A stretch of DNA of 26,504 nt from a virus (Duplodnaviria > Caudoviricetes), in the IMG/VR virus record IMGVR_UViG_3300033568_000049, positions 1 to 26,504 of that record. One strand, 5' to 3'. The notes under the pieces were generated by a model that saw only the letters and a program-made list of their open reading frames with translations, ran no database searches and was not told the DNA's origin. A program made the position numbers and the translations under genes. Below are positions 16,432-24,126 of this stretch, piece after piece (position 1 is the stretch's first letter; every line of letters begins with the position of its first letter).

Positions 16432-16479
16432 ACTGAACACGACCATCGACGCGACTGACGCGAGAGGAGATTAACGAAC

Positions 16480-17520
16480 ATGGCGGCATCGACGGAAATC
16501 GGGAAGTACCAGCTCCTGCCCGCGGTCGCGGCGAACGTGGCCGGAGTCCGGCACGGACAGCGCTTCATCTGCGAGGAGATCTTCCCGCCCCTCCAGGTGG
16601 ACGCGGAAGAGTTCCGCCGCGAGCTCGACGGCAACGAAGGGATGCTCGACATCCCGAACCTCGAGCGCGCGATGGACGCCGACTCGGCCGAAGTCGACAT
16701 GGACACCGACTTCGTCGACGAGTCGCTCTCGGAGATCTCGGTCAAGACCAAGGTCGACTACCGGAAGATCCGCGCCGCGCAGCACGCCGACATTCTCAAG
16801 CGTGCGATGGGCTCGACCGGCATCGGCCTCTCGAGCGAGGAGCGCCTCATCCAGCGTCGTGCGATCAAGCTGTCGAAGATCTGCGCGATCCACAAGGAAA
16901 AGCGCGCCGCGGCAATCGCCTTCGCGACCGGCAGCTACGAGTCGGCGCTGCGCGAGACCGCGATCGACTGGGACTCGGCCGATCTCATCTCCGAAATCGA
17001 GGAGAAGCGCTGGCTCGTCCATGACATGTTCGGCGTCTTCTTCGACACGATCGTCCTCGGCAAGACCGCGCTAAAGAGCGTGCTCTCCAACGCGACGCTC
17101 CTCGACCGGATCGAGATGGGCGGCACGCCCGCCGATCCGGCGCTCATCGGCCTCGACACGATCGCGAAGATGTTCCGCGTCGCGCGCGTCCTCCCGGCCT
17201 CAGCCGTCACCCAGGCGAAGGCGCTCCCCGGAGCGGCCGGAGCCTCGACCGACATCTGGACGCCGGACGTCGCGATCGCGATCTACACGGGTCTCGATCT
17301 CCGCGACCCGGTGCTCGGCGCGATCGACGAAGACGACGACGTCGCTCCGGTCTTCGGCCGCACGTACTACGCGAACGTCCCCGAAACGGGCGTCCGCTTC
17401 AACGTCGGCCGCTGGGCGACCCCGAACAACAAGATCCACTACGTCGAGGTCACGGAGTTCGCCGACCCGAAGCAGGTGCTCAAGGCCGGCGCGATCTGGA
17501 CGAACACCGACCAGGCGTAG
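16480..17520 (+). CDS. Major capsid protein (lambda E-like, HK97 fold)
   Basis: Strong SD GAGGAG; 346 aa; FICEEIFPPLQV, KEKRAAAIAF, FDTIVLG, IWTPDV and PVFGRTY motifs; position in head module. Confidence 0.85.
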   Translation: MAASTEIGKYQLLPAVAANVAGVRHGQRFICEEIFPPLQVDAEEFRRELDGNEGMLDIPNLERAMDADSAEVDMDTDFVDESLSEISVKTKVDYRKIRAAQHADILKRAMGSTGIGLSSEERLIQRRAIKLSKICAIHKEKRAAAIAFATGSYESALRETAIDWDSADLISEIEEKRWLVHDMFGVFFDTIVLGKTALKSVLSNATLLDRIEMGGTPADPALIGLDTIAKMFRVARVLPASAVTQAKALPGAAGASTDIWTPDVAIAIYTGLDLRDPVLGAIDEDDDVAPVFGRTYYANVPETGVRFNVGRWATPNNKIHYVEVTEFADPKQVLKAGAIWTNTDQA

Positions 17521-17536
17521 TTCGCGAAAGCTCAAT

Positions 17537-17555
17537 CTGATCCGCGTGTGATCAG
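17537..17555 (+). other. Hairpin whose loop is complementary to the adjacent terminator loop
   Basis: CTGATC-CGCGTGT-GATCAG. Confidence 0.65.
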
Positions 17556-17563
17556 CGTTCAAG

Positions 17564-17599
17564 TGAAGGCCCGTGACACGCGCGCGGGCCTTCATTGTT
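17564..17599 (+). terminator. Putative intrinsic terminator after the major capsid gene
   Basis: 12-bp stem TGAAGGCCCGTG/CGCGGGCCTTCA (one G-U pair), loop ACACGCG, weak tail TTGTT. Confidence 0.65.
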
Positions 17600-17612
17600 A
17601 AGGCCGGAGACG

Positions 17613-18074
17613 ATGCCGCTCACGCTCACGACATGGAACCAGCTCGCGCTCCGCGTCGGATCGGAGGCTCGTCTCACGCAGTACGCGGGTGGCGACGACG
17701 GCCCGACGCACCCGAACACCGACGCCGCGATCGTTCAGGCGTCCGACATGTTCCGCTCGGCCGCGGTGAACCGCTACACGGAGGCCTCGGTCGACGCGCT
17801 CACGTACACGACCGTCACCCCCGAAGTGCGGCACCACATCGAGTCGATCGTCCTCGGCATTCTCACGAGCGGCGACGACGTGCAGCCGGAGACCATCCAG
17901 CGCGCCCAGGAGCGCGCCTACTCCTGGCTCAGCTGGCTCATCGGCGGGACGGTCAACATCGACGGGCTCGACCCCATCGGCTCGGCCGTTGCGTCGGGTG
18001 GCGGCGTTCGCTACCGCGGCCGGACGCGGATCGTCGGCTCTGACGAATACAACGCCCGCGTGGAGAAGCTCTGA
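17613..18074 (+). CDS. Head-tail adaptor (Mu gp36 / DUF1320-like)
   Basis: ATG 17613 with SD GGAG; QLALRVG...DAAIVQASD...RY...AYSWLSWLIGGTVNI pattern; follows MCP. Confidence 0.75.
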   Translation: MPLTLTTWNQLALRVGSEARLTQYAGGDDGPTHPNTDAAIVQASDMFRSAAVNRYTEASVDALTYTTVTPEVRHHIESIVLGILTSGDDVQPETIQRAQERAYSWLSWLIGGTVNIDGLDPIGSAVASGGGVRYRGRTRIVGSDEYNARVEKL

Positions 18075-18544
18075 TGGCGAAGGTGACGATCGCGCTCAAC
18101 TCCGCGATTGAAGAGGCCGTAAAGCGCGCCGCAGGGCGCGTGACGGACCTCTCGCCAGTGCTTCGTCCGGCGGGAATCCTCATGTACCAGGCGGTCGCCT
18201 ACAACATCCGCAACTGGTCGGGACGCGACCTCGCCGAGTCGACCAGGAAGCGCGACAAGTACAAAGACAAGAAATCCTACTCGGGTCGCAAGGCGCGCCC
18301 GGCTGATGCCGCGCGCCGGCCACTCATCATGTCGGGGGGGCTCGTCAACAGCAACCGGTTCGACTTCGGGAAGGACTGGGTGTCGGCGATCAACGATGCG
18401 CCGCACGCGCACTTCTTCGTGACCGGCACGGTCACCCGTCCGCAGAACACGCAGTTCGACTTCCTCTTCCTCTCCGAGACGCTGCAGGACCGCATTCGCG
18501 ATGACATCGCCGACTACATCGTCGGGGAACTGGCGGCCGCCTGA
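18074..18544 (+). CDS. Virion morphogenesis / tail completion protein (Mu gpG-like)
   Basis: DLSPVL...W..LAEST...PLIMSGGLVNS...HAHF...RP..FL motifs; TGATG overlap. Confidence 0.75.
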   Translation: MAKVTIALNSAIEEAVKRAAGRVTDLSPVLRPAGILMYQAVAYNIRNWSGRDLAESTRKRDKYKDKKSYSGRKARPADAARRPLIMSGGLVNSNRFDFGKDWVSAINDAPHAHFFVTGTVTRPQNTQFDFLFLSETLQDRIRDDIADYIVGELAAA

Positions 18545-19077
18545 TGGCACTCCTGCGCGCCATTCTCACGCGGGCCACCGAGGCGGTCTATGCACTCGTC
18601 GCGGCCAACGCTGACCTCCTCGCCGAGCTCGGCGGCAACGCCTCACAGTTCCGCTTCCGTGGGCCTGCAGTCGATCCGACGAGCATCAAGGCGCGGCAGA
18701 TCGACGTCGCGCCGATCGTCGACGAGAAGTGGACCTACCAGCTCGGTGAGCTCACCGATTCAACCATCGCCGTTCGCGTGACGTTCTGGGAGAACCGATC
18801 GGCCGCAACGCCGGCGCACATCCAGCCGGGCGAGTCGATGCCGAGCGTTGATGTGCCGCGGAAGATCGCGGCGATCGTCGCCGCCTCGGGAGAGAACCGC
18901 GGGCGCCTCATCGATCCCGACTCCGATCCTCTCGACGAGGGGACGGACCGCTATCTCAATCACGGTTTCGGAACGCCGCAGTTCGGCGTCACGACGAACA
19001 AAGAGGAGACGGTGCTCGGCTTCTATGTCGACCTCGTCTTCGACACCTCACAGGACGCAGAAGGAAACCGCGCATGA
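18544..19077 (+). CDS. Putative tail terminator protein
   Basis: Position between neck and tube genes; 177 aa; TGATG overlap. Confidence 0.5.
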   Translation: MALLRAILTRATEAVYALVAANADLLAELGGNASQFRFRGPAVDPTSIKARQIDVAPIVDEKWTYQLGELTDSTIAVRVTFWENRSAATPAHIQPGESMPSVDVPRKIAAIVAASGENRGRLIDPDSDPLDEGTDRYLNHGFGTPQFGVTTNKEETVLGFYVDLVFDTSQDAEGNRA

Positions 19078-19352
19078 ACGGACTCCAGTACAAGCACACG
19101 GCGCCCCAGGGCGACCCCGCGAAGAACGGCATGGGCTCGTGGCGCGCCGGCCAGGCGAAGCCGATCCTCCCCGGACAGGAAAGCTACGCGGCGAGCCTCG
19201 TCTCGACGGGTGGTTTCACCTTCGTCACCATGCCCGATCCCGAGCCCTTCACGGCGCCGTATGCACATACGGCGAGCGACGTCGCCCTCGAGGACGACAC
19301 CGAAATCGACGCCACAATGGAAGACGACGAAACCACCGACGACGAGGACTAA
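19074..19352 (+). CDS. Small hypothetical tail-module protein with acidic C-terminus
   Basis: ATGA overlap with SD AAGGA; fills the gap before the tube gene. Confidence 0.6.
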   Translation: MNGLQYKHTAPQGDPAKNGMGSWRAGQAKPILPGQESYAASLVSTGGFTFVTMPDPEPFTAPYAHTASDVALEDDTEIDATMEDDETTDDED

Positions 19353-19355
19353 GCG

Positions 19356-21005
19356 ATGGCTCTACTTGGAACGCAGGGACAGAAATCACAGCTCGGCTAC
19401 GGCTTCGAGACGGTGGCTCACGGCGTCCGCGCCGCGATCTGGCGCTTCCTCCGGGTCATGGAGTTCGAGTGCAACCCGGACCGCCCGCTCGACCCGTCGA
19501 AGAACATGGACCCCTCCGGCCGCACGCAGAAGGGGAGGAACGAGATCATCACGCTGCCGGTGAAGTTCAAGTCGCAGCCGACGATCGACGACCTCGCCCC
19601 GCTCTCGGCGGCGCTGCGCGGCTACGCCTCGATCGCTCGCCCGACCTTCGCCTCGGCGCCGGTCGACGCGCTCTCGGGAACGGGCGCCGGAAACGTCGAG
19701 AACGGGATTCACTACTACAAGGTGACCTTCGTCTCGCCCGCGGGTGAGACGTCCGGGGGTGATGCCTCCGGCGGCGTCACCGTCGTCGACAAGACGACCG
19801 ACGGAAAGGTCGCGCTGACGTCGATTGCGGTTGGCCCCGCCGGCACGACCGCCCGCAAGGTCTACCGCACGGTCGCGGCCGATCCCGTCACGGGCCAGTA
19901 CAAGCTCCTCACGACGATCGCCGACAACACGACGGTGATCTACACCGACAACACCGCCGACGCTTCGCTCGGCGCGAACATCCCGACGACGACGCAGCCC
20001 GCCGTCTGGACCGTTCGCGACCTGCAGACCGGCGACTCGGTCGGCACGCTCATCGACACCCTCTCGTTCGAATTCGACAAGGACATCTCCAAGGCGCAGC
20101 TCAACCTCGAGACGGTGCTCACCGAGCGTCAGATCGACTTCGAGCAGAACGCGCCGGTCGTCGTGTCGTGGGTCGGCGAGTCGGCCTCCTACACTCGCCA
20201 GGGTGACGCCGTCGTCGAAGTGACCGCGGCGACCTACACCGGCAAGCTCTACACCCGCGGGATTCTCCGCCCGGAGCAGGAGCTCTGGTTCAAGTGCACC
20301 GACGCCGGCGCGCTCGACGGAGCAAACGCGAAGGTCGTCGTGAAGTCGACCGAGGCCGCAACGTACGGCACGACGGAGTACTTCGTCGACGCCGACGAGT
20401 GGCAGGACGCGATCATCGAAGACGGCGTGACGCAGGCCTCCGGCGATCCGCTCGAGCCCTTCCAGTTCATGTTCACCGCCGGCGGCACGCTCTCGGTGAA
20501 CGACGAGTTCTCGATCCCGGCGCAGCGCACGAAGTACGCCGCGACCTACTCCTCGAGGCAGCGCCTCAGCTGCAACGGGCTCACGATCACGGCCGACGGA
20601 GAGGCGCGCACGATCAAGAAGGCAACGCTCAAGACGACCGCGAAGAAGGAAGCCGACCGCGGCTGCGGCCGGAAGACTCCGTACGGCTTCCTCAAGCCCG
20701 ACATTGAGATCCACGAACTCTCGTTCGACCGCCGCTTCGTCGATCAGGACTTCGTGAACCTCCTCGAGACGGCGGAGGAAATCATCGTCGACATGGATCT
20801 CCTCGGCGATCCGATCGGTCGCGGCGACTACCGCGAGCGGGCGCGCTTCTATCTCGCCCAGGTGCAGGTCTCAGGGGCCGGCAGCGACCCGAAGAAGTCG
20901 GGCGCGATGGACGAGCCGATCAAGCTCTGGGTGAGCGGCACCGAGGCCGTGGCGGCCTGCGTCGAGACGTATCACTGCACGCACGCAACGATCGCCGGCG
21001 AGTAG
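19356..21005 (+). CDS. Major tail tube protein (Phage_tube_2-like) with two inserted beta domains
   Basis: N-terminal GQKSQLGYGFETVAHG pattern; tube-like C-half; FN3-like insert YYKVTFVSPAGET...RKVYRT...IYTDNTAD; directly upstream of tape measure. Confidence 0.75.
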   Translation: MALLGTQGQKSQLGYGFETVAHGVRAAIWRFLRVMEFECNPDRPLDPSKNMDPSGRTQKGRNEIITLPVKFKSQPTIDDLAPLSAALRGYASIARPTFASAPVDALSGTGAGNVENGIHYYKVTFVSPAGETSGGDASGGVTVVDKTTDGKVALTSIAVGPAGTTARKVYRTVAADPVTGQYKLLTTIADNTTVIYTDNTADASLGANIPTTTQPAVWTVRDLQTGDSVGTLIDTLSFEFDKDISKAQLNLETVLTERQIDFEQNAPVVVSWVGESASYTRQGDAVVEVTAATYTGKLYTRGILRPEQELWFKCTDAGALDGANAKVVVKSTEAATYGTTEYFVDADEWQDAIIEDGVTQASGDPLEPFQFMFTAGGTLSVNDEFSIPAQRTKYAATYSSRQRLSCNGLTITADGEARTIKKATLKTTAKKEADRGCGRKTPYGFLKPDIEIHELSFDRRFVDQDFVNLLETAEEIIVDMDLLGDPIGRGDYRERARFYLAQVQVSGAGSDPKKSGAMDEPIKLWVSGTEAVAACVETYHCTHATIAGE

Positions 21006-21017
21006 GGGCATGGGCCG

Positions 21018-23063
21018 ATGGCTGGCGCACGCGACATCCGGATCGGGGTCAAGGTCGACGGCCTCGATAAGACCCGGCAGGACTTCAAGTCCGTTGAGGA
21101 CGCAGTCCGCGCCCTCGGCCCCGCTTCGGATGCGACAGCTGCGGAGATCACCTGGGGCTTCTCTACGATTGAGAAGGCGAGCGATGCTGCCGCGAAGAAA
21201 ATTGCCGACGGGCAGCAGGCAAGCGCAAAAGAGCTCGACGGACTCATAGCCGAGTTCTCGCGCACCGCCGACGCGATCGCGAAGGCCTTTCCCACTGGCC
21301 CGCCGGATGCACTCGCGACGGCGCTCACAAAAGCAGAGCAGCGAATCCGTGACGTCATCGCCGCGAGCGACAAGGTACCCGCGAGCCTCGACGCCGCGCG
21401 CACCGCGTTCAAGAAGCTCGAGACCGCGCCCGATGGGGTCGAGGTCGCGACGCGCCGCATGGAGCGGGCGCTCGACGACTACGCCGCGAAGATGGCGAAG
21501 GACGGTGACGTCGGTAAGGGCGACATCGAGAAGATCTGGAAGGCACAGATCCTCCTCAACGACGAGATCAAGGCGACCGGCAAGACCCTCGACCAGCTCG
21601 GCCCCGACTACGCGGCGCGCTACCAGCAGATGGAGACCGCGACCGACAAAGCCGCGACGACCGTCAAAAAGCTCGAGACCGAGACCGACCGGCTCAAAGG
21701 TACACAGATCGCCACGAACACCCAGTTCAACGGGTTCGGCGATGCGCTCGTCACGCTCGACCCGAAGATGGCGAAGTTCGTGACCTCGCTCGCGGGGATC
21801 ACCGGAGCTCTCAGCGCGGGCCTTGCGATGGGCGGACAGTTCAACAACTTCGTCGGCACCGACATGCAGGAGTGGGATGACCTCGCCGAGGGGCAGGCGC
21901 TCAAGATCAAAACGATCCTCGAAAAGTTCTTCGACTTCCTCGCCGAGGGTACACAGGCCGTCATGGCGAAGCTCTCGGGCAACGCCGACGAATTCGAAGC
22001 CCACGCGGCGCGCGCGCGCCAGGCGTCGGACGAGCTCGACGCCGCCGTCAACAAGAGCGGCGAGGCCTACCGCGCCGATGCCGAGGCATCGAAGGCGGCC
22101 GCCGACGCGCTGAAAGCGGCGCAGGACGGCGTGCAGCAGGCGACGAAGGGCACGTCCGAGAAGGTCGACGATCTCGTCAACGCGATGCAGAAGCTCGCGC
22201 CGGAGGGGGCGCTCAACTCGCAGGAGATGACGAAGCTCGCGGGCGAGATGCAGGGCGTCGTCGACAAGCTCGACAACCTCACCCCGAAGGAGCGTGCCCG
22301 CCTCCAACTCATCATCGACACCGCGAAGAACTCCGCGACGCTTTCGGCCGAGCAGAAGCAGGCATTCATTCAGGAGCTCGCGGATCTCGACCGCCTCAAC
22401 GAGACGCGCAAGGACGGCCAGGGGATCACGATCAAATGGACCGATGCCGCGAAGCAGGCCTCAGCGGAAACCGCGAAGCTCAGCAAGGAGCAGGCAACCG
22501 GCGCGACCGGAATGATTCAGTTCTCGAATGCCACCGACGACGCCGCCGGCAAGTCGAAGAAGCTCGAGTCGGTCCTTCAGGGGATGAAGGACTCGTCCGG
22601 CGCCTCGGCGAAGTCGATGACCGATCTCGGCAAGGGGATCGTCGATCTCTCGACCCACGCCCCGGATGGCGCCGACGCCGTCAAGAAGGTCGACGACTCC
22701 ATGAAGACGCTCTCCGTGACGACGCCGCCGGTGGCCGCGTCACTCGCGGCCGTCGCAAAGGAAGGGGTCAAGAAGATCGCGGACGAAGGCCCGAAGGCGG
22801 CGACCAGCCTCCACGACTTCGCCGACGCGATCGGCAAGTTCAAACCGGATGACATCGCGGCGATCAAGACGAACCTCGCGGAGTTCGCTCCGGATGCAGC
22901 AAAGATCAACGACGCGGCGACGGCGACGAACAACCTCGCCGCCGCGGTCGAACGGCTCAACCTCGCGACGTCTGCCGGCGCCGACGGGACTCCGTACCTC
23001 AAACCGAAGTCGCTGCCTGAACCTCCGGCCGGAGTGGGTGGCCCGAGGCAGAGTCCGCTATGA
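21018..23063 (+). CDS. Tail tape measure protein
   Basis: 681 aa, Ala/Lys/Asp-rich helical; N-terminal DIRIGVKVDG; central hydrophobic Gly/Ala segment. Confidence 0.85.
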   Translation: MAGARDIRIGVKVDGLDKTRQDFKSVEDAVRALGPASDATAAEITWGFSTIEKASDAAAKKIADGQQASAKELDGLIAEFSRTADAIAKAFPTGPPDALATALTKAEQRIRDVIAASDKVPASLDAARTAFKKLETAPDGVEVATRRMERALDDYAAKMAKDGDVGKGDIEKIWKAQILLNDEIKATGKTLDQLGPDYAARYQQMETATDKAATTVKKLETETDRLKGTQIATNTQFNGFGDALVTLDPKMAKFVTSLAGITGALSAGLAMGGQFNNFVGTDMQEWDDLAEGQALKIKTILEKFFDFLAEGTQAVMAKLSGNADEFEAHAARARQASDELDAAVNKSGEAYRADAEASKAAADALKAAQDGVQQATKGTSEKVDDLVNAMQKLAPEGALNSQEMTKLAGEMQGVVDKLDNLTPKERARLQLIIDTAKNSATLSAEQKQAFIQELADLDRLNETRKDGQGITIKWTDAAKQASAETAKLSKEQATGATGMIQFSNATDDAAGKSKKLESVLQGMKDSSGASAKSMTDLGKGIVDLSTHAPDGADAVKKVDDSMKTLSVTTPPVAASLAAVAKEGVKKIADEGPKAATSLHDFADAIGKFKPDDIAAIKTNLAEFAPDAAKINDAATATNNLAAAVERLNLATSAGADGTPYLKPKSLPEPPAGVGGPRQSPL

Positions 23064-23470
23064 GCATCGGTGATTTTTCAGCTGCCGTCGACGGCCTTCG
23101 CACGACCTGTGAGCAGGCGACGACGACCATCTCCGTCCTCACCGAAACCATCGAGCGCCTCGACACCAAGCTCCGCGCCGGCCAGGCGCGCCAGGCACAG
23201 GCCGTCAATGCACTCCTCTCCGGAACTGGATTCTCGTACCTGTTCGAGATGTGGATCGCGATGGCGAACAACGACATCACGGACCCCGACCTCGGCGCGC
23301 TCGAGATCACGATGCACACCTGGGCGCCGGCGTCGAAGGACGTCGACTTCGGGCGCCTCCGAAAGATGATCCGCAAGAAGCTGAACATCGTCCGGAAGCA
23401 GCGCGGCCGCGACGCGAAGCTCACGAAGGACGAGCTCGACGGCATTCTCAATGAGGTGATGGGACGATGA
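23060..23470 (+). CDS. Hypothetical helical tail protein
   Basis: ATGA overlaps at both ends; SD GAGG. Confidence 0.65.
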   Translation: MSIGDFSAAVDGLRTTCEQATTTISVLTETIERLDTKLRAGQARQAQAVNALLSGTGFSYLFEMWIAMANNDITDPDLGALEITMHTWAPASKDVDFGRLRKMIRKKLNIVRKQRGRDAKLTKDELDGILNEVMGR

Positions 23471-24126
23471 GCGAAGGACGCGGCCTCCGGCGCGCACTCA
23501 CGATCGACGGCGAAGACCTGCGTCTGCCGGCCGGACTCGAGGCACAGCGCGAAATCTACGTCACCGACGTCGACACCGACGGCGATTCGATCCGCTACTC
23601 GCGCGCCCGCAAGCCTGGTCTGCCGTTCCTCCAGGACCGCTACTCCTTCACGCTCCCGTACCCGACGTCGAACGACGACGACCTCGAGCAGGTCGCCGAG
23701 CTGCAGTCGGAGTTCGGCGAGATGCAGTTCTCCTACTGGAAGCCGATCCGCGCGAAGTACATCGCCGTCGCCGGTCAAACCGACTTCTGGCTCCCGCGCC
23801 GGCGACGCAACGCACCGAGCATTTTCGGCGAAGACGAGAGCGTCTACCTCTTCACCTGCAGGCGTAACGGCACCACGCAGATTGTCACGCACATCGCCGG
23901 TTCTTCGGTCTCGGTGCCGGTGGATGGCGTGTGCAACGTCGCGCGCGAGGCCGCCGCGTCAGGCGCGCGCCGCGACGAGGTGATCTTCCGGCTCTCCGCG
24001 TGTGGCGCCGCCGACGTCGTTCGCATCAAGTGGTATCCGGCCATGCTCGTTCGCCTCATCGCAGGGGGCGAGAGCTACCCGGGCGGCTTCCGCGAGGAAC
24101 GCGAGCTCGTCTTCATGGAGCGCTGA
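23467..24126 (+). CDS. Putative distal tail (Dit-like) protein
   Basis: Position after tape measure; beta-rich; ends LVFMER; SD GAGGTG. Confidence 0.55.
   Translation: MSEGRGLRRALTIDGEDLRLPAGLEAQREIYVTDVDTDGDSIRYSRARKPGLPFLQDRYSFTLPYPTSNDDDLEQVAELQSEFGEMQFSYWKPIRAKYIAVAGQTDFWLPRRRRNAPSIFGEDESVYLFTCRRNGTTQIVTHIAGSSVSVPVDGVCNVAREAAASGARRDEVIFRLSACGAADVVRIKWYPAMLVRLIAGGESYPGGFREERELVFMER

Noticed and set aside
17518-17601. Pseudoknot-stimulated read-through of the MCP TAG
   Set aside because: Read-through would add only 26 featureless codons before TAA at 17599-17601; a terminator or stability role is simpler
21010-21249. 79-aa alternative-frame ORF as the missing tail chaperone
   Set aside because: Arg/Ser/Pro-rich off-frame composition, unlike acidic helical chaperones, and almost entirely inside the tape measure gene
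23018-23063. Programmed -1 frameshift fusing the tape measure to the 136-aa gene
   Set aside because: The -1 frame is closed by TGA at 23018-23020, there is no slippery heptamer in the remaining 40 nt, and the downstream gene has its own SD and ATGA overlap
636-24125. Long N-terminal extensions given by the ORF track (starts 636, 2215, 3114, 6813, 8771, 10622, 23931)
   Set aside because: They overlap upstream genes out of frame; internal starts with SD and/or stop-start overlaps (813, 2578, 3171, 7149, 8900, 10700, 24126) fit better
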